This document shows, one piece after another, positions 36,695-47,868 of a DNA stretch of 64,000 nt; positions within the stretch are counted from its first letter, which is position 1, and each line of letters begins with the position of its first letter. Source of the stretch: Lepidodermella squamata. Taxonomy: Eukaryota; Animalia; Gastrotricha. The notes under the pieces are model-generated. The model was not told where the DNA came from. It saw nothing but the letters and a program-made list of their open reading frames with translations, and searched no databases. The stretch lies in the NCBI GenBank assembly GCA_047495785.1, contig JBLDXI010000013.1:868001-932000 (forward strand), written 5' to 3'. The translations under genes were made by a program, and so were the position numbers.

Positions 36695-39600
36695 TTAGTG
36701 CGCCATTTTTTCGGCATGACACGCCACCTGTTTAGTGTAGGTTTCGATAAGGCCCGCCAGCTTCGGTTCTTCAGGGCAAGCTTTGCGAAGATCCGTGAGA
36801 ATAGTGCCGAGGAGGGCGCGGCACTCGTCGCCATACACGTCAGGTTCATCATCGGGACCGTTCGGGTGGCAGCCGCATGATTCTTCGAATTCGAGCAGGT
36901 TTTCATTGACGATTTGTTCGAGGGCGTTCACCAGCGGGTTGACCCAGGCACCACCGTGGATGGGCAAGCCGGCGGTTGATGACGCGGACATCAGCCACGA
37001 GAAGAAAGAGAAGGCGGCGCGGTTCTCGCGCGGGTCGCCGCGGAAAGGCATGTACGAAGCAAGTTTGCCTGCGAACTGGGCGACGCGCGGCGATTTGTAG
37101 CTGCCGGGCGGGCCTCGCATCGAAACGCGCGCCATGGTTGCGAGAATGTTGTCGCGGACCGACGGCTCGGTCTCGTTGTTCAGCATACGCTCACAAGCGA
37201 CAAATACCTAAAACACAAATGTTATTAGATATCGATAAATTTAGAAATCGGGGCAAAGTTACATCATCAAGACGGTTTGAAAGGGACAAGTAGCCGTAGT
37301 TGCATAGACTTCCGATGGCGTAGACAGCATTCTGGCGGACCTCGTCGTCCTTATCAGTCAGGCCCTTCATCAACGACGCGTACAGCTTGTTCGCGTAGTT
37401 GCCAGCGCCAGACTGAAGGGCATCGATGATATCGGCCATGCCGCCGTAAGCCATCGACTTATCACCCGAGGTTGCGTTCTTCGAAATCGCAGCCTTGGCC
37501 AGCCAGTCGAGAATCTTGTTCAGCAGACTCTGCGCTTCGTCGATCAGGCCGAACGTGCGAAGAGTGGCGGAAGCGACCTCGCAGGCCTGCTCGAACAGAA
37601 CACGGCGGCGCTCGCTTTCACCACCTTCCTCGTCATCCTCCTCCTCATCGGCGCCCATCTCGTCCTCGTCGATCTGCTGGCAACGCAACTTCTTGTTGCA
37701 AGTGTCGTAGACCAGGCCGAGCAGAAGCGGGACGAACTGCTTGTATGGAGCGAGGAGGGGACGTGAGCGGCGCAGCAACTCCTCGATACCGGCCATGACC
37801 TGCGAAGCCGCGTCCATGTCCAGCAGTTTGTAGCTCTGGTCGAGCCAAGCGGAGAGAACGTCGTTGACGCGACTCGAGACAAACGAAGGTCCCTCAGCGC
37901 CGTAGTGAGCCAGAACAGCTTGTTGGTGCTTGGTAATGAAGGAAAACAGATCACAGGTCGCAGCAATCACGCCATCACGGATAGTTCTGTAATTTGCAAA
38001 AATCATGTCAATAATTCGAATTTTGGCTAGTTTGAAAACTCACTGAGATGGGAAATCAGACAGCAGCCAAACAGTTTCGAAGGTGTTGTTGAAGTAAGGC
38101 AAAAACGGGGTTCCAACAGCAGTAGCCAGGCTGCCAAGGCAGGTCAGAGCAGAGGCAACTTCATCGACAACATCGCTGTTCAAATCCATATCATCCTCGT
38201 CTTCTTCATCTCCGGCGGAAGCGCCATCCATTTTTTCGTGGCCATTCGAGCAGCATCCGTTCTTGTGGGTATGTCCGTTGGAGCCATTCGCCGCAGCGTG
38301 TTCTTCGGTCTCTTTCATCGGACTAGTCTTAGCCGATTCAGTCAAAAACCGAACGAGATTAGGCAACTCCGGAATCAGACGGTCAGTGACAAATGGAGCC
38401 AACTCCGAAATTAAATAGTACACTTTCGACTTGTACTCGTGGGGAATCTCAGGCTGCTGCAAGAAAAGCGCGCACACTTGAAGGCACTGTTCGAACAAGG
38501 CAGGGCGTTCAGTGATCAGTTGCTTGTGCATCTTTTTGCCCAACCCTTCGACGAGAGCAGTCAACGTATGAATAGCGTCAAGGCGAATCTCCTCCTTCTG
38601 CAACGGAGTCACGTTAGTCATCTGAGGACCAAGGGTAGCGCCGTTCATGATCTGACCCGAAAGAAAATCGGCGAGCTGAGTAGCTTTTGGTGCGGTCAAA
38701 TCGCCGTATTTTTCACAGATTCGGTGAAGAACAGTATAAGCGATCTGACGAGTCAAGAATGACGGCGATTGGGTCGCCAGTTCGACAATTTTCATCAGCA
38801 ATGCATCGAAACTAGCAGAAACGTGCTCACTCGGCAGGCTGTCGAACAGCTCGTCCAAGCAGTTCAGGACGCAAACATCTACCAACTCATTCTCCTCGCT
38901 GTATGGAGCAGTAACTGAAATGTTTCCAAGGCATGTGCTGACAGCCTTGAGGATCGGCTCGATATGTCCCTTAAGCAGAACCGGCATCGGTAAAAATTGG
39001 CAAGCTTCAGTCAGGGCGAAGAAAGCGCTAATACGAATAAGAGGTTCCGTGCTAGCAACGCCCATCAAAATAGCTTGGATGGCTGCTTGAAGACAGTTTT
39101 CAGTTATGAATTCTGTGCAATCTTCGATAATAGAACCCAACACAATCAAAGCAACAGGTGTTGGAGCAGTCACTCCAGATGCACGAGACAGCTCAAACAC
39201 AGAGGTTACAAGCTTGGCAGCAGGTAGGCTACCGGAGAGCGCCTGGAAAGCCTGAATAACTGCAACCAGCATTTTCTCAGGCACGACTTTTCCCAACTGC
39301 CACAAACAGAACTCTTTGATCGACTCGCGATTGGTAGGCGCGGCCAGTTCGGCCTCGACCATCGCCCAGAGACCCTTGATAAGGATTTCGGTGATATTTT
39401 GCTTAGTGAAAAGCTTGCGCTTCAATGAGACAACTGCCGTGAGCGTATGGATGGCATGAAGCCGCAAGTTGTCGTCTTTGGTCATGTCTTTCGAGATGTT
39501 CAGCAAGAATTCGGTAACTGGTAGAGGATGCAATCCCAAGATCGACAGCTCGGATTCGGCGAAAGCTTCGAAGACTTCCAGGCAACCACTGGCTTCATCC

Positions 39601-40604
39601 TTAAAACATAAAAGAAAATTCAAAATCACCATAACATCAAAGGAGAATTAAACCTACAGAGTGCTCATTAATAAGAGCTTCGATTGCAGCGAGGCATTTG
39701 GGAACGAGCAAGCGGAACTCGCCAAGGGCTTCCTGGGAGCAAATAGGAGCAATATTTCCAATTGACTTGATCAATAGCTGGGTATTTTCGACGTTGGAAG
39801 CGTTGGCCGTCATCAAGCTAGAAAACATCTTGCACAGAGCGCCAATGTGCATAGCAAACAACTCGGGTGCCTCTTCAGTAGCAGCTGCAGCGAGGCGAAT
39901 ACCTTTGTCGACGGTCGCTGGCGAGGACAACAGCTTAGACACAGTCGGCATCAATTCAGGCCAGCACTTTTCCAAGTCCCGCTGAGAGCAATCAGGATCG
40001 AGTTCACTCAAGAGCTTTGCCGCGACACTTGCAGTGAGATCACACAATGATCGAACAACGGTTAAGCTGGTAAAGGCACATGCTCAGTTAATCACTCATA
40101 ACTACAACCGCGATTACGGCCAACTTACTCAGATTCCGTTACAATTTGATCTAACACTGTCTTCTTGATTCTGAAAATAAAAACAATAAACCCGATTCCG
40201 ATGTGACCGAATGGTATAAACTAACGCATTGACAGCAGCCTTAGACAACGTATCTTTCTGACATTTGCGCCGTAGCAGGACACCACAAAATTGACGAACC
40301 TAAACATAGAAGTAAAGATAATGTAAGGATGCTGATTAAAAATTAAAAACCAAATGCAGTACTATGCAAAACATAAAATTGGCCTTTTCTGAGAACTACG
40401 AAAATAAGACCTACTTCACTCTTCTGCGATGATTTCATCAGCTCAACAGCCGCCAATTGGGGGGCGTCTCCGTCCAGCGTCTTCATCAGCTCAATCTAAT
40501 CATACAAATAATGAAGAAACGGAACATTGGCTAGGTATATTACGGACCTGGTTAACTCCCTTAGAGCCAGAGAGAACATTGGAGATGGCACTTTCAAGTT
40601 CCAT
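36695..40604 (-). CDS. IPO4: Importin-4-like karyopherin-beta (HEAT repeats)
   Basis: N-terminal VRQFCGVLLRRK; acidic loops; DKDDEVRQNAVYAIG; EPSVRDNILATMARV; MPFRGDPREN. Divergent, so the ortholog call is moderate. Confidence 0.78.
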
Positions 40605-41344
40605 GTCGGTTTGCGATAGACAGATTAATGTAATCAACTGACCTAGCAACGATATCGCAAATAAGTAAAATTGAGAAAATCACGCGACCAAGCAAATAAA
40701 AAAGGGGTACATTTCAATCGGCACACGACAGATTATGAATGCGAGTTGTAAGTTACAAGTCTGGCCAAAATAGCAGGGGTATTAGGGCGTCCAAAAAAAC
40801 CGACGAGTGTCTTACTTGTCGTCACCGTGGGCGCCTGATGGAACCCACGTGCTATAAAAATTTTATTCACCAAAATTTTATCATACCACATAAATAATGC
40901 TCAACATTTATTATTAACTCTTAGCTATTGCAAATTGTTTGACTTTCAAATATTTTCCCGCGTTCCGGCGGGAATCAATCTTGGCAACGCGTCGTAGCTT
41001 TTAGTCGATTCCTCTCGCTTGCCTTTTGGAAAATTGCCTTCGACACTAGGCTTTTCCTCTGCCCAACGAGGCTCCTTTAGAGTTCTGAGGTCCCCAAGGA
41101 ATACCCCATACCTTTGTCGGGAATTCGTTAATTCTCTACAAAAAGCTCCATCTTCGCGTGGTCTTCATAAAGCTCGCCATTCCGAGCGGCGCAAAATGAA
41201 ATGAAATGCGAAATAAACAAGCAGCTTACTAGCTGAATTAAGACCAGAATCAGTGAATGCATTTTCATCGTTAAATGAATTTCTTTGTTGATTTCGTTTC
41301 TCGCACTCGCAGGCAATGTTTGCCGGGATTTGCAGGTTGCAGAT

Positions 41345-41842
41345 GGGTTTTCTTTTATTCGCAACAAAAATACAGCTACAGCTACAGTTTGTTGCATTAG
41401 AAAATTCGCTACAGAAAAACTGTATTTCTCCTGTATTTTCTAAGAATTCGAATAAAAAATACAGAAAATACAGCCCTATTTTTCCTACAAAAAACACAGC
41501 CAGAAAAAGTGTGCAAAGTGTAGAAATGGGGCTGCTTGTGCGCATAAAAAGTGCCGGGGCATAAAAAACAAAAAAATGGCTTGACCCCACGAGAAGTCGA
41601 ACCCTCCACATCAATTTCGCCTAATAAACAAAGTCACATTTGCGAATGGTTTACAATTTCTGTATTTTGTACAGATTCAAAAATCAAGTGCTGGAAAAAT
41701 ATACTTAATACTTACTGTATAAAATATAGCGAATTTACGAACCCGTAGAAAGTTTTTGGATTTTTTGTAGAGAGGGCTATTTTCGAACAACAATACCTAC
41801 ACAAAATAAAGTATATAAAGTGTTGCGAATAAAAAAAAACCC
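41345..41842. mobile_element. Foldback/MITE-like inverted-repeat element, about 500 bp
   Basis: GGGTTTTCTTTTATTCGCAACA (41345-41366) versus TGTTGCGAATAAAAAAAAACCC (41821-41842); further internal inverted segments and TACAG/CTGTA repeats; no clear TSD. Confidence 0.6.
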
Positions 41843-42075
41843 TCAGGTTCGCCACACTTCCAACGCCATGTGTATCCACATCGAATGCCAGAATTGAGCC
41901 GAAATTGATGAACAGGTCAAACATAGACATGCTCCACTCCTGATCACGCCAGCGAAACTCTTTGGAGTGTAAAGCCGTTCATCATCATCCTCATGAACAA
42001 CGCATCCCATTCAGGCCGCTTGTACACTATGTTCCAGCTTGAATTTACCTCGGCAACAAGGAATATAGTTTGGAA

Positions 42076-42239
42076 TACTACTACTACTAATTACACCAAG
42101 CATCCACCGAGGGCAATCTCGACCGCCTATGTACCTCTTGTAACGCGCTACACGAGTGTTCGAAAAGTGTCGTACCCGGGGATTGAACCCGGGCTGCCTT
42201 TCTGAGAAGACACGGCTCTAACCTTTGAGCCAGCATGGC
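42076..42239 (-). mobile_element. tRNA-derived SINE-like element (or tRNA pseudogene with tail)
   Basis: Head at 42239-42169 with A box TGGCTCAAAGG, D stem GCTC/GAGC and perfect T arm CCGGG-TTCAATC-CCCGG, but broken acceptor and anticodon stems; about 80-nt body; (TAG)n tail. Confidence 0.62.
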
Positions 42240-42655
42240 CGACACACACTCCATGTTCGCTTACGCGGTTGTAAGGGGACCGGGAGGGAAGATGGAAGGT
42301 GGACTCGCTCCCTATACCTCTCCCCAACCGAGCATTTCGTGTCATCCGCGGTTTATGTCCCATGTGGCAGCCCTTCGGCTTGACTTAAAGCAACTACTAG
42401 GTTCTCGAGGAACGCGGATCTCGATCTTCTTCGAGAAACTGCTATGAAAACGCAAAATGTCCCCGCGTGTCGAAATTGGGCTCTAACGACCGGACGCCGA
42501 AAAATTGTGAGGCGCGTTTTATTATTCCGCGTCACTAATTTGGTGAAATACAGATTGTACACTCAGATTTTTCACATTTCAAATCATTTATTCTTTTCCA
42601 AATTTAGTGATAAAAAGAGAACAGATACGAAGGCTAACACAGAGCGGTTGATTAA

Positions 42656-43342
42656 TTAATGAGTTTTAAACAATTTCCGAATGATTGCCATGCGCTGCTT
42701 GTGGGCATCGGTTGGTGCTGGGCGCTTATACGCCTGCTTCGTATCAGAGACGCCGCCAAAGCCAGGTGTCCACATGTTGTATTGGGTATCTGAGAAAATA
42801 TCGAAATTAATCATAAAATCAGCCACATGTCATTTCTTACCCAAAACGTATTGCACATCTTTTACTTCGAGGAATGGAGATTTTCGGTGTTTCGCCACCT
42901 GACAAGCAGCAACCAGAACACTGTCAATAAAATCGTCAGCTATGTCGAGGAGGCACTGCAACAGCAAGATCTGTAAATGACAGCCCTAGCAGTTTTACTT
43001 TCCTATCTCACCGATTCAGCTTCTTCGTCAACTTGTTGGTACGGGTCAACTGAATGATAAAAATCAACAGTCGAACTCATCGTCTGAATGTATAGCTATT
43101 TTTCTACCTTCGTGAATGAGATTGTGAAGTCGACGCTTGTCAACGGCATGCTGAGAAGATTGGCCTTGCGCGTTGCCGGCGGCGCCACCCTGCGCGGGAT
43201 AGGCCTGAGGATGGCTAGAAGCGGCGTTTTGAGCCATTCCTCCGTAATCGGATGAGGTAGGATCTGGGGTCGAGCTCACCGGCCACTGGTTGCCGATGGG
43301 CGATGGGACTGACATGGCCTCGTTCTTAATAAAATGTTCCAT
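42656..43342 (-). CDS. TAF12: TFIID subunit 12 (4 exons)
   Basis: Spliced [88 protein letters not shown] matches the TAF12 histone fold. Confidence 0.95.
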
Positions 43343-43802
43343 TTAAATTTGATTATTCTCAATTTAATCGGACAACCTTGACGGCAGCAAGACCCGATGA
43401 CATGCCGCTGTTATTTCGCATCATTCCTCCATTATTCGCCATGTAAAAGAGGTCCGTCTAATGCAAATAAGGCAACAAGGTGAAAAGAAATATTTTTACT
43501 CTGGGAAGTGCTTTTCGTTCTCTCAAACATCATAAAAAAAAATGCGATGAAAATGTATAATTACAGACACGAGTACAGACAAACTTGAGATGACATCCAA
43601 GAGGAAAAAATTTCGTGGTCTACTTTCGGTGAACCATCGAAACTGACGATGACAAGTGCAGCGTTCTGAAACCATCAACAAAACAATATCAATCGTTTGA
43701 AATGATCGCGTATGAAAGCACAATCGCTATATACGATGAATTCTACAGCTCCTTGCACAGCGGAAACATGGAAAATTAGAATGCCATTAATGAAACTTGA
43801 TG

Positions 43803-44980
43803 TCACTCAGGAACATCTAGGACTAAGCTCCTTATTCCAGCGATAGAGCTTGACTCTGTGTTGGAAGGATTGAGAAGATTGCGAGAGTATATTGACGAGA
43901 TTGGAGGACCGAAAGGCGGGTTGTATCCGATGGTTCTCATGTCTTCATTATCAACTGCGTCAGGTAGCATACAATCTTGGAGTTTCCAACTTATATTGAG
44001 ATATTCTTGCAAAGGCGTGGCATTCGCTAGTACGCAACTGAGAAAGTCACGTTTAATACCGCACCACCAAATGTTAAAGCCTCGTCCACTGAAACTCATT
44101 AGCATGAGGATGAAGAATGAAAACAAGAGTGGAAGAACAGTTGCCGTGTAAGTTATTGGCATGCGACCATCCAACTTGAGCGCTAGGCACACCTCAAAAG
44201 CAAGTAGCGGAGGCAAGACGATCAGGTGGCCTACTGCGACACAAAGTTGATGACGATAGCGACGAGGGGGTGTGTCCAGGGATCTCGACAGAATACAGAT
44301 TAGCAACAATAAATAAATTATCGCAATGCCGAAAATACACATGGTTGAAAACAGAGGGATGAATACGATAATCCAGCTCCAATCGACAAAATTATCCAAC
44401 TTCAGAGCAACGAAAATAAACTCTAAGATATTAACGCTACAGAAAATTTCGAAATCGAAAGAACGGCCGTGCCGAATAGACCATACTCCAATCCCGATCG
44501 ATGTTATAGAAAGAAGAACCAGGGGAGAGACGACTATTATCCACAATAGTTGATTAGATTCATTTGATTCCAAATTGTAGCACATCAACACCTCGAATGC
44601 TAAAATTAAAATGGCATTGAAATGGCAATGTTCTTAAACGAATACAAACCTAGTAACAAAACATTTAACGCGGTTGAAAACAACATTGCGCGAAATTGAA
44701 TGACGATCTCTCGGCTGAGCCCGTGATGATGTTGGTGACTGGACGATGCATGATTTGCAGCCGACAGAGCTGAAAGAGCTCGGACCCATGCTACACAGCC
44801 CATTATGCAGCCAACAATACTGATGATTTTCCACAGCCATAGGGGAGCAAAAACTGCCCAATAAGATGAAGTTATCACATTATCCAACTTGAGAGCAAAC
44901 AACAGGGTAAACAGTAACAGCGAGGCGTAAACCAAGAATTTGCTCGGATTGAAATCTTGAAATAAGGAATACAAGTTCAT
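43803..44980 (-). CDS. TMEM185: Transmembrane protein 185-like (2 exons)
   Basis: MNLYSLFQDFNPSKFLVYASLLLF..WAVFAPLWLWK; CSVNILEFIFVALKLD; WWCGIKRDF. An in-frame upstream ATG exists at 45025. Confidence 0.93.
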
Positions 44981-46243
44981 CGATTCAATCGTATCATTAA
45001 TTTCTATAAAATTGAAGTTTGACATTTTATATTTGAATATACGTATACGGTATACGTAACCAGTGCACCCCCACTCAGGTATTCAAAGCTTCTTTAGCTT
45101 TAGGATCATGTCGAATTAGGGAGAGCCAATTAGCTATTTCCCAATAGATCGACTGTCGACTGTCGACCCCGTTGTAGACTAGTCGATATTCTACGAAAGA
45201 AATAAAAACAGAACGGATACTTATTTTGCTTCATAATGTATTTATGGTTCATAGGAAGCAATTACGGTCCAAATGCTATTAACAAGCTGGATTGTCCAAG
45301 CCAAAAAGCGAGCTTCATCCTGAACACGCTAGCTGCTAGGATACACAAGCTACGAGCTTTCTTGCAAGCATGCCATTTAGGAGTAACGTCAAATCGTCAT
45401 CTTTTATAACGATCCAATCAGCTAATAGGCCAGCCAGACCATAACCAGGGTATGCTAAAGCAGCACGCAGCTCACACTATATCAACTAAGATACGTCATG
45501 AGAGGCGCTGCAGATAAAAGCAACAAACGTCACTTCATGCTTCAGAAATTCCGAATAAATAATCAAGAAGCATTCGAGGGTGTTCGACTTCAAACGAGTT
45601 AACAAATAGCTGTTTTGCCTCGCACTTATTGGTACACTGGTTTTGGCTGATGAGACTGGGATAGTTAATATTTCTAGGTTATAGGTGTAGGTCAAAACTG
45701 ACGTAATGGCGACTGCCAACTGCTGAGTCCTGAAAGCTGAAAGCTGTCGGCCAGTTGTCCCCTGTCCCCTGTCCCCTCAAGCAACAGGCAACTCAGACAG
45801 ACGACAAAATCTCTTGCCTCACGGCCTTTGAAAAGCCACGAAAAATTTACCATGCGGCAATTTTCTTTTAATTCTTGCTGGACTTTTTAAATCCCACGAA
45901 TAAAATGAGCGTTAGTGCCAAATTTATAATAATGTGATAAATTTAAATGCCGAATTGCGCGCGCAAATCGCTGCTGTTTTTCGCTTATTCTTGCGCGTCG
46001 CAGCTCTCTTTGCTTTCTAGCTTAGAAGGACAGCGCTTGAAGCTTGAAGTAGCCTGCGAGGTCGCCAAAGCGAAGCACGCCTAACCCATTGATCGCCTTT
46101 GTTAAAAACAGGAGAGCCACTCCTAATTTCAGAATTTTAGGGCCGGGGAAGAATCGTAAAGAATGTGCGACAACGAAATGTTCGCCGATGAGACACTTGT
46201 CACCGGACGTTATTCATGGCCGGAGGAATGATTCACTCAGCTA

Positions 46244-46290
46244 CATGGAGGAATATAATATAATATAATATAATATAATATTCCTCCATG
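46244..46290. repeat. Short palindrome with (TAATA)n spacer
   Basis: CATGGAGGAATAT-(AATAT)n-ATATTCCTCCATG; 13-bp perfect arms. Confidence 0.85.
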
Positions 46291-46890
46291 CTCAGTTAGC
46301 TTTATCGGCTCATTACTACGTGGATATGAACATCTTTTGTTATTAAAACCTCCAGACTTCAACAACTTCAGTATAATGATTTGAGGTAGTACTCTAGTAA
46401 AATAGGTACTTATTTTCTTTTATCGTTATCAACATCGTCAAACAAACTTGAGGTTCTTTCAGCCGGTATGGCGTCACTTTTCAGCTTAGGCTTCATGCTT
46501 AGGCTTCATCCAACGCCGGCGCTAATGTTGTGATGACGAAGCCAGCCAAGTTTGTGTTCGACTTTGGCCGCGTTCTTCTCTCCATTTTTGAATTTCTCTG
46601 TTCAGGGCGTTTAGCTCGACGGCTTGGAAGCTCTGTACCTCGTTTAGATTAGTCATGGCTTCATTTCGGCCGTTTTTCACACATTCGCCGGCTCTCATCG
46701 AATCAACCTAGATTAGTAGTTGGTAAGGCAGGTAGGCTCAATACAGTCACCTTGTTTTTTTTCGGCCTGCGTCGCTTATTTCAGCCTAGCAGCTTTTGGC
46801 TTTTTCATCGAGTTTGGCACTAATCATGCCGTCGACGGTTGCGGTGAGTCGATCCAGGTTACTTCCCGGAGATCACCTTCAGGCGTTGAC

Positions 46891-47084
46891 ATATCGTTAG
46901 CGTCGTTGAATAACTCGGATTTAGGCTTGTTTACATCGGTTTCGTGGTCACGGGTGATAAGTAAAAAGCGGCTTTTTAACGTGAATGAAAAGGCAAAGGC
47001 GAAAGACTTTTTACTTGTCACCTATCACCTTGAAATGGATGTAAACAAGCCTAAATCGGAGTTATTCAACAATGCTAACGATAT
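46891..47084 (+). repeat. Long imperfect inverted repeat / 194-nt hairpin
   Basis: 53-bp arms (46891-46943 and 47032-47084, 5 non-Watson-Crick positions) plus inner stem GGTGATAAGTAAAAAG/CTTTTTACTTGTCACC. Confidence 0.9.
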
Positions 47085-47186
47085 ACTCTCATTACTACAA
47101 CTCCTTGGGATTGAACCACTATAATTTCTGACGAGTTGCTCTTAATGTTGGCTTTGTCTATCAATTCGTAGGGTTATTGCATTGTC

Positions 47187-47816
47187 ATGGCAGATAATAG
47201 CGCACGAGAAACGTCGAAAATGGGTGATGATGTTGTTGATTTCATCCAAACCGCTTACGGTTGCAAGACCCTGCCTCGAACGGGCTGGCTTCGAAGCGGC
47301 ATTACTGGGACTGACGTTGAACATGTTGGGGATCACATGTGGGGAATGACTCTTCTTTCGACGCTTTTACTGTCAGATAACGATGGAATTAACGTCAATC
47401 ACGTCATGAAGTTGTGCATGGTGCATGACCTCGCCGAATCCATTGTAGGAGATATTACTCCTCATTGCGGCGTATCAAAGGAAGAAAAGGCGAAACTTGA
47501 AGCCGAGGCAATGGCGAAGATGACATCGAAACTACCTGCCGAAGTTGGCAATCGCTTGGTTGCCCTGTTCGAAGAATTCGAAGCTAAAATTACCCCAGAA
47601 GCTGTTGTTGCCCATGATTTGGACAAACTTGATATGGTTTTGCAAGCCAACTATTACGAGAAAAAACTGCCCGTTAATCTATCTGATTTTTTCCCTGCCA
47701 CTGCATATCTGACTGCGGGTAACTCTAGTTTAACTGCGGCGCAACAAAAATTGGCTGTTGTAGCAGATGCTATAATAAGCCGGCGTAAGGCACAGTCGAA
47801 CGGAAAATCGGACTAA
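47187..47816 (+). CDS. HDDC2: HD domain-containing 5'-deoxynucleotidase (intronless)
   Basis: KTLPRTGW, EHVGDHM, HDLAESIVGDITP, EEKAKLE, DLDKLDM. Confidence 0.93.
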   Translation: MADNSARETSKMGDDVVDFIQTAYGCKTLPRTGWLRSGITGTDVEHVGDHMWGMTLLSTLLLSDNDGINVNHVMKLCMVHDLAESIVGDITPHCGVSKEEKAKLEAEAMAKMTSKLPAEVGNRLVALFEEFEAKITPEAVVAHDLDKLDMVLQANYYEKKLPVNLSDFFPATAYLTAGNSSLTAAQQKLAVVADAIISRRKAQSNGKSD

Positions 47817-47868
47817 AATAGATATTTTGCTTGATATTATCTGCTTTTATCTAGAAATTTTAGTTGAT

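Noticed and set aside
42169-42239. Functional tRNA gene (also 27651-27721)
   Set aside because: Acceptor and anticodon stems do not pair; treated as tRNA-derived repeats.
46382-46420. let-7-like seed TGAGGTAGTA
   Set aside because: The rest does not match let-7 and the local stem-loop is only about 36 nt, too short for a pre-miRNA.
46070-46510. Telomere-like words (CTAACCC, two TTAGGC) suggesting telomerase RNA or an interstitial telomere
   Set aside because: Too short, not a 1.5-repeat template, and no supporting structure.
46720-47124. ORFs on both strands sharing DVNKPKSELFN
   Set aside because: Direct consequence of the inverted repeat, not two genes.
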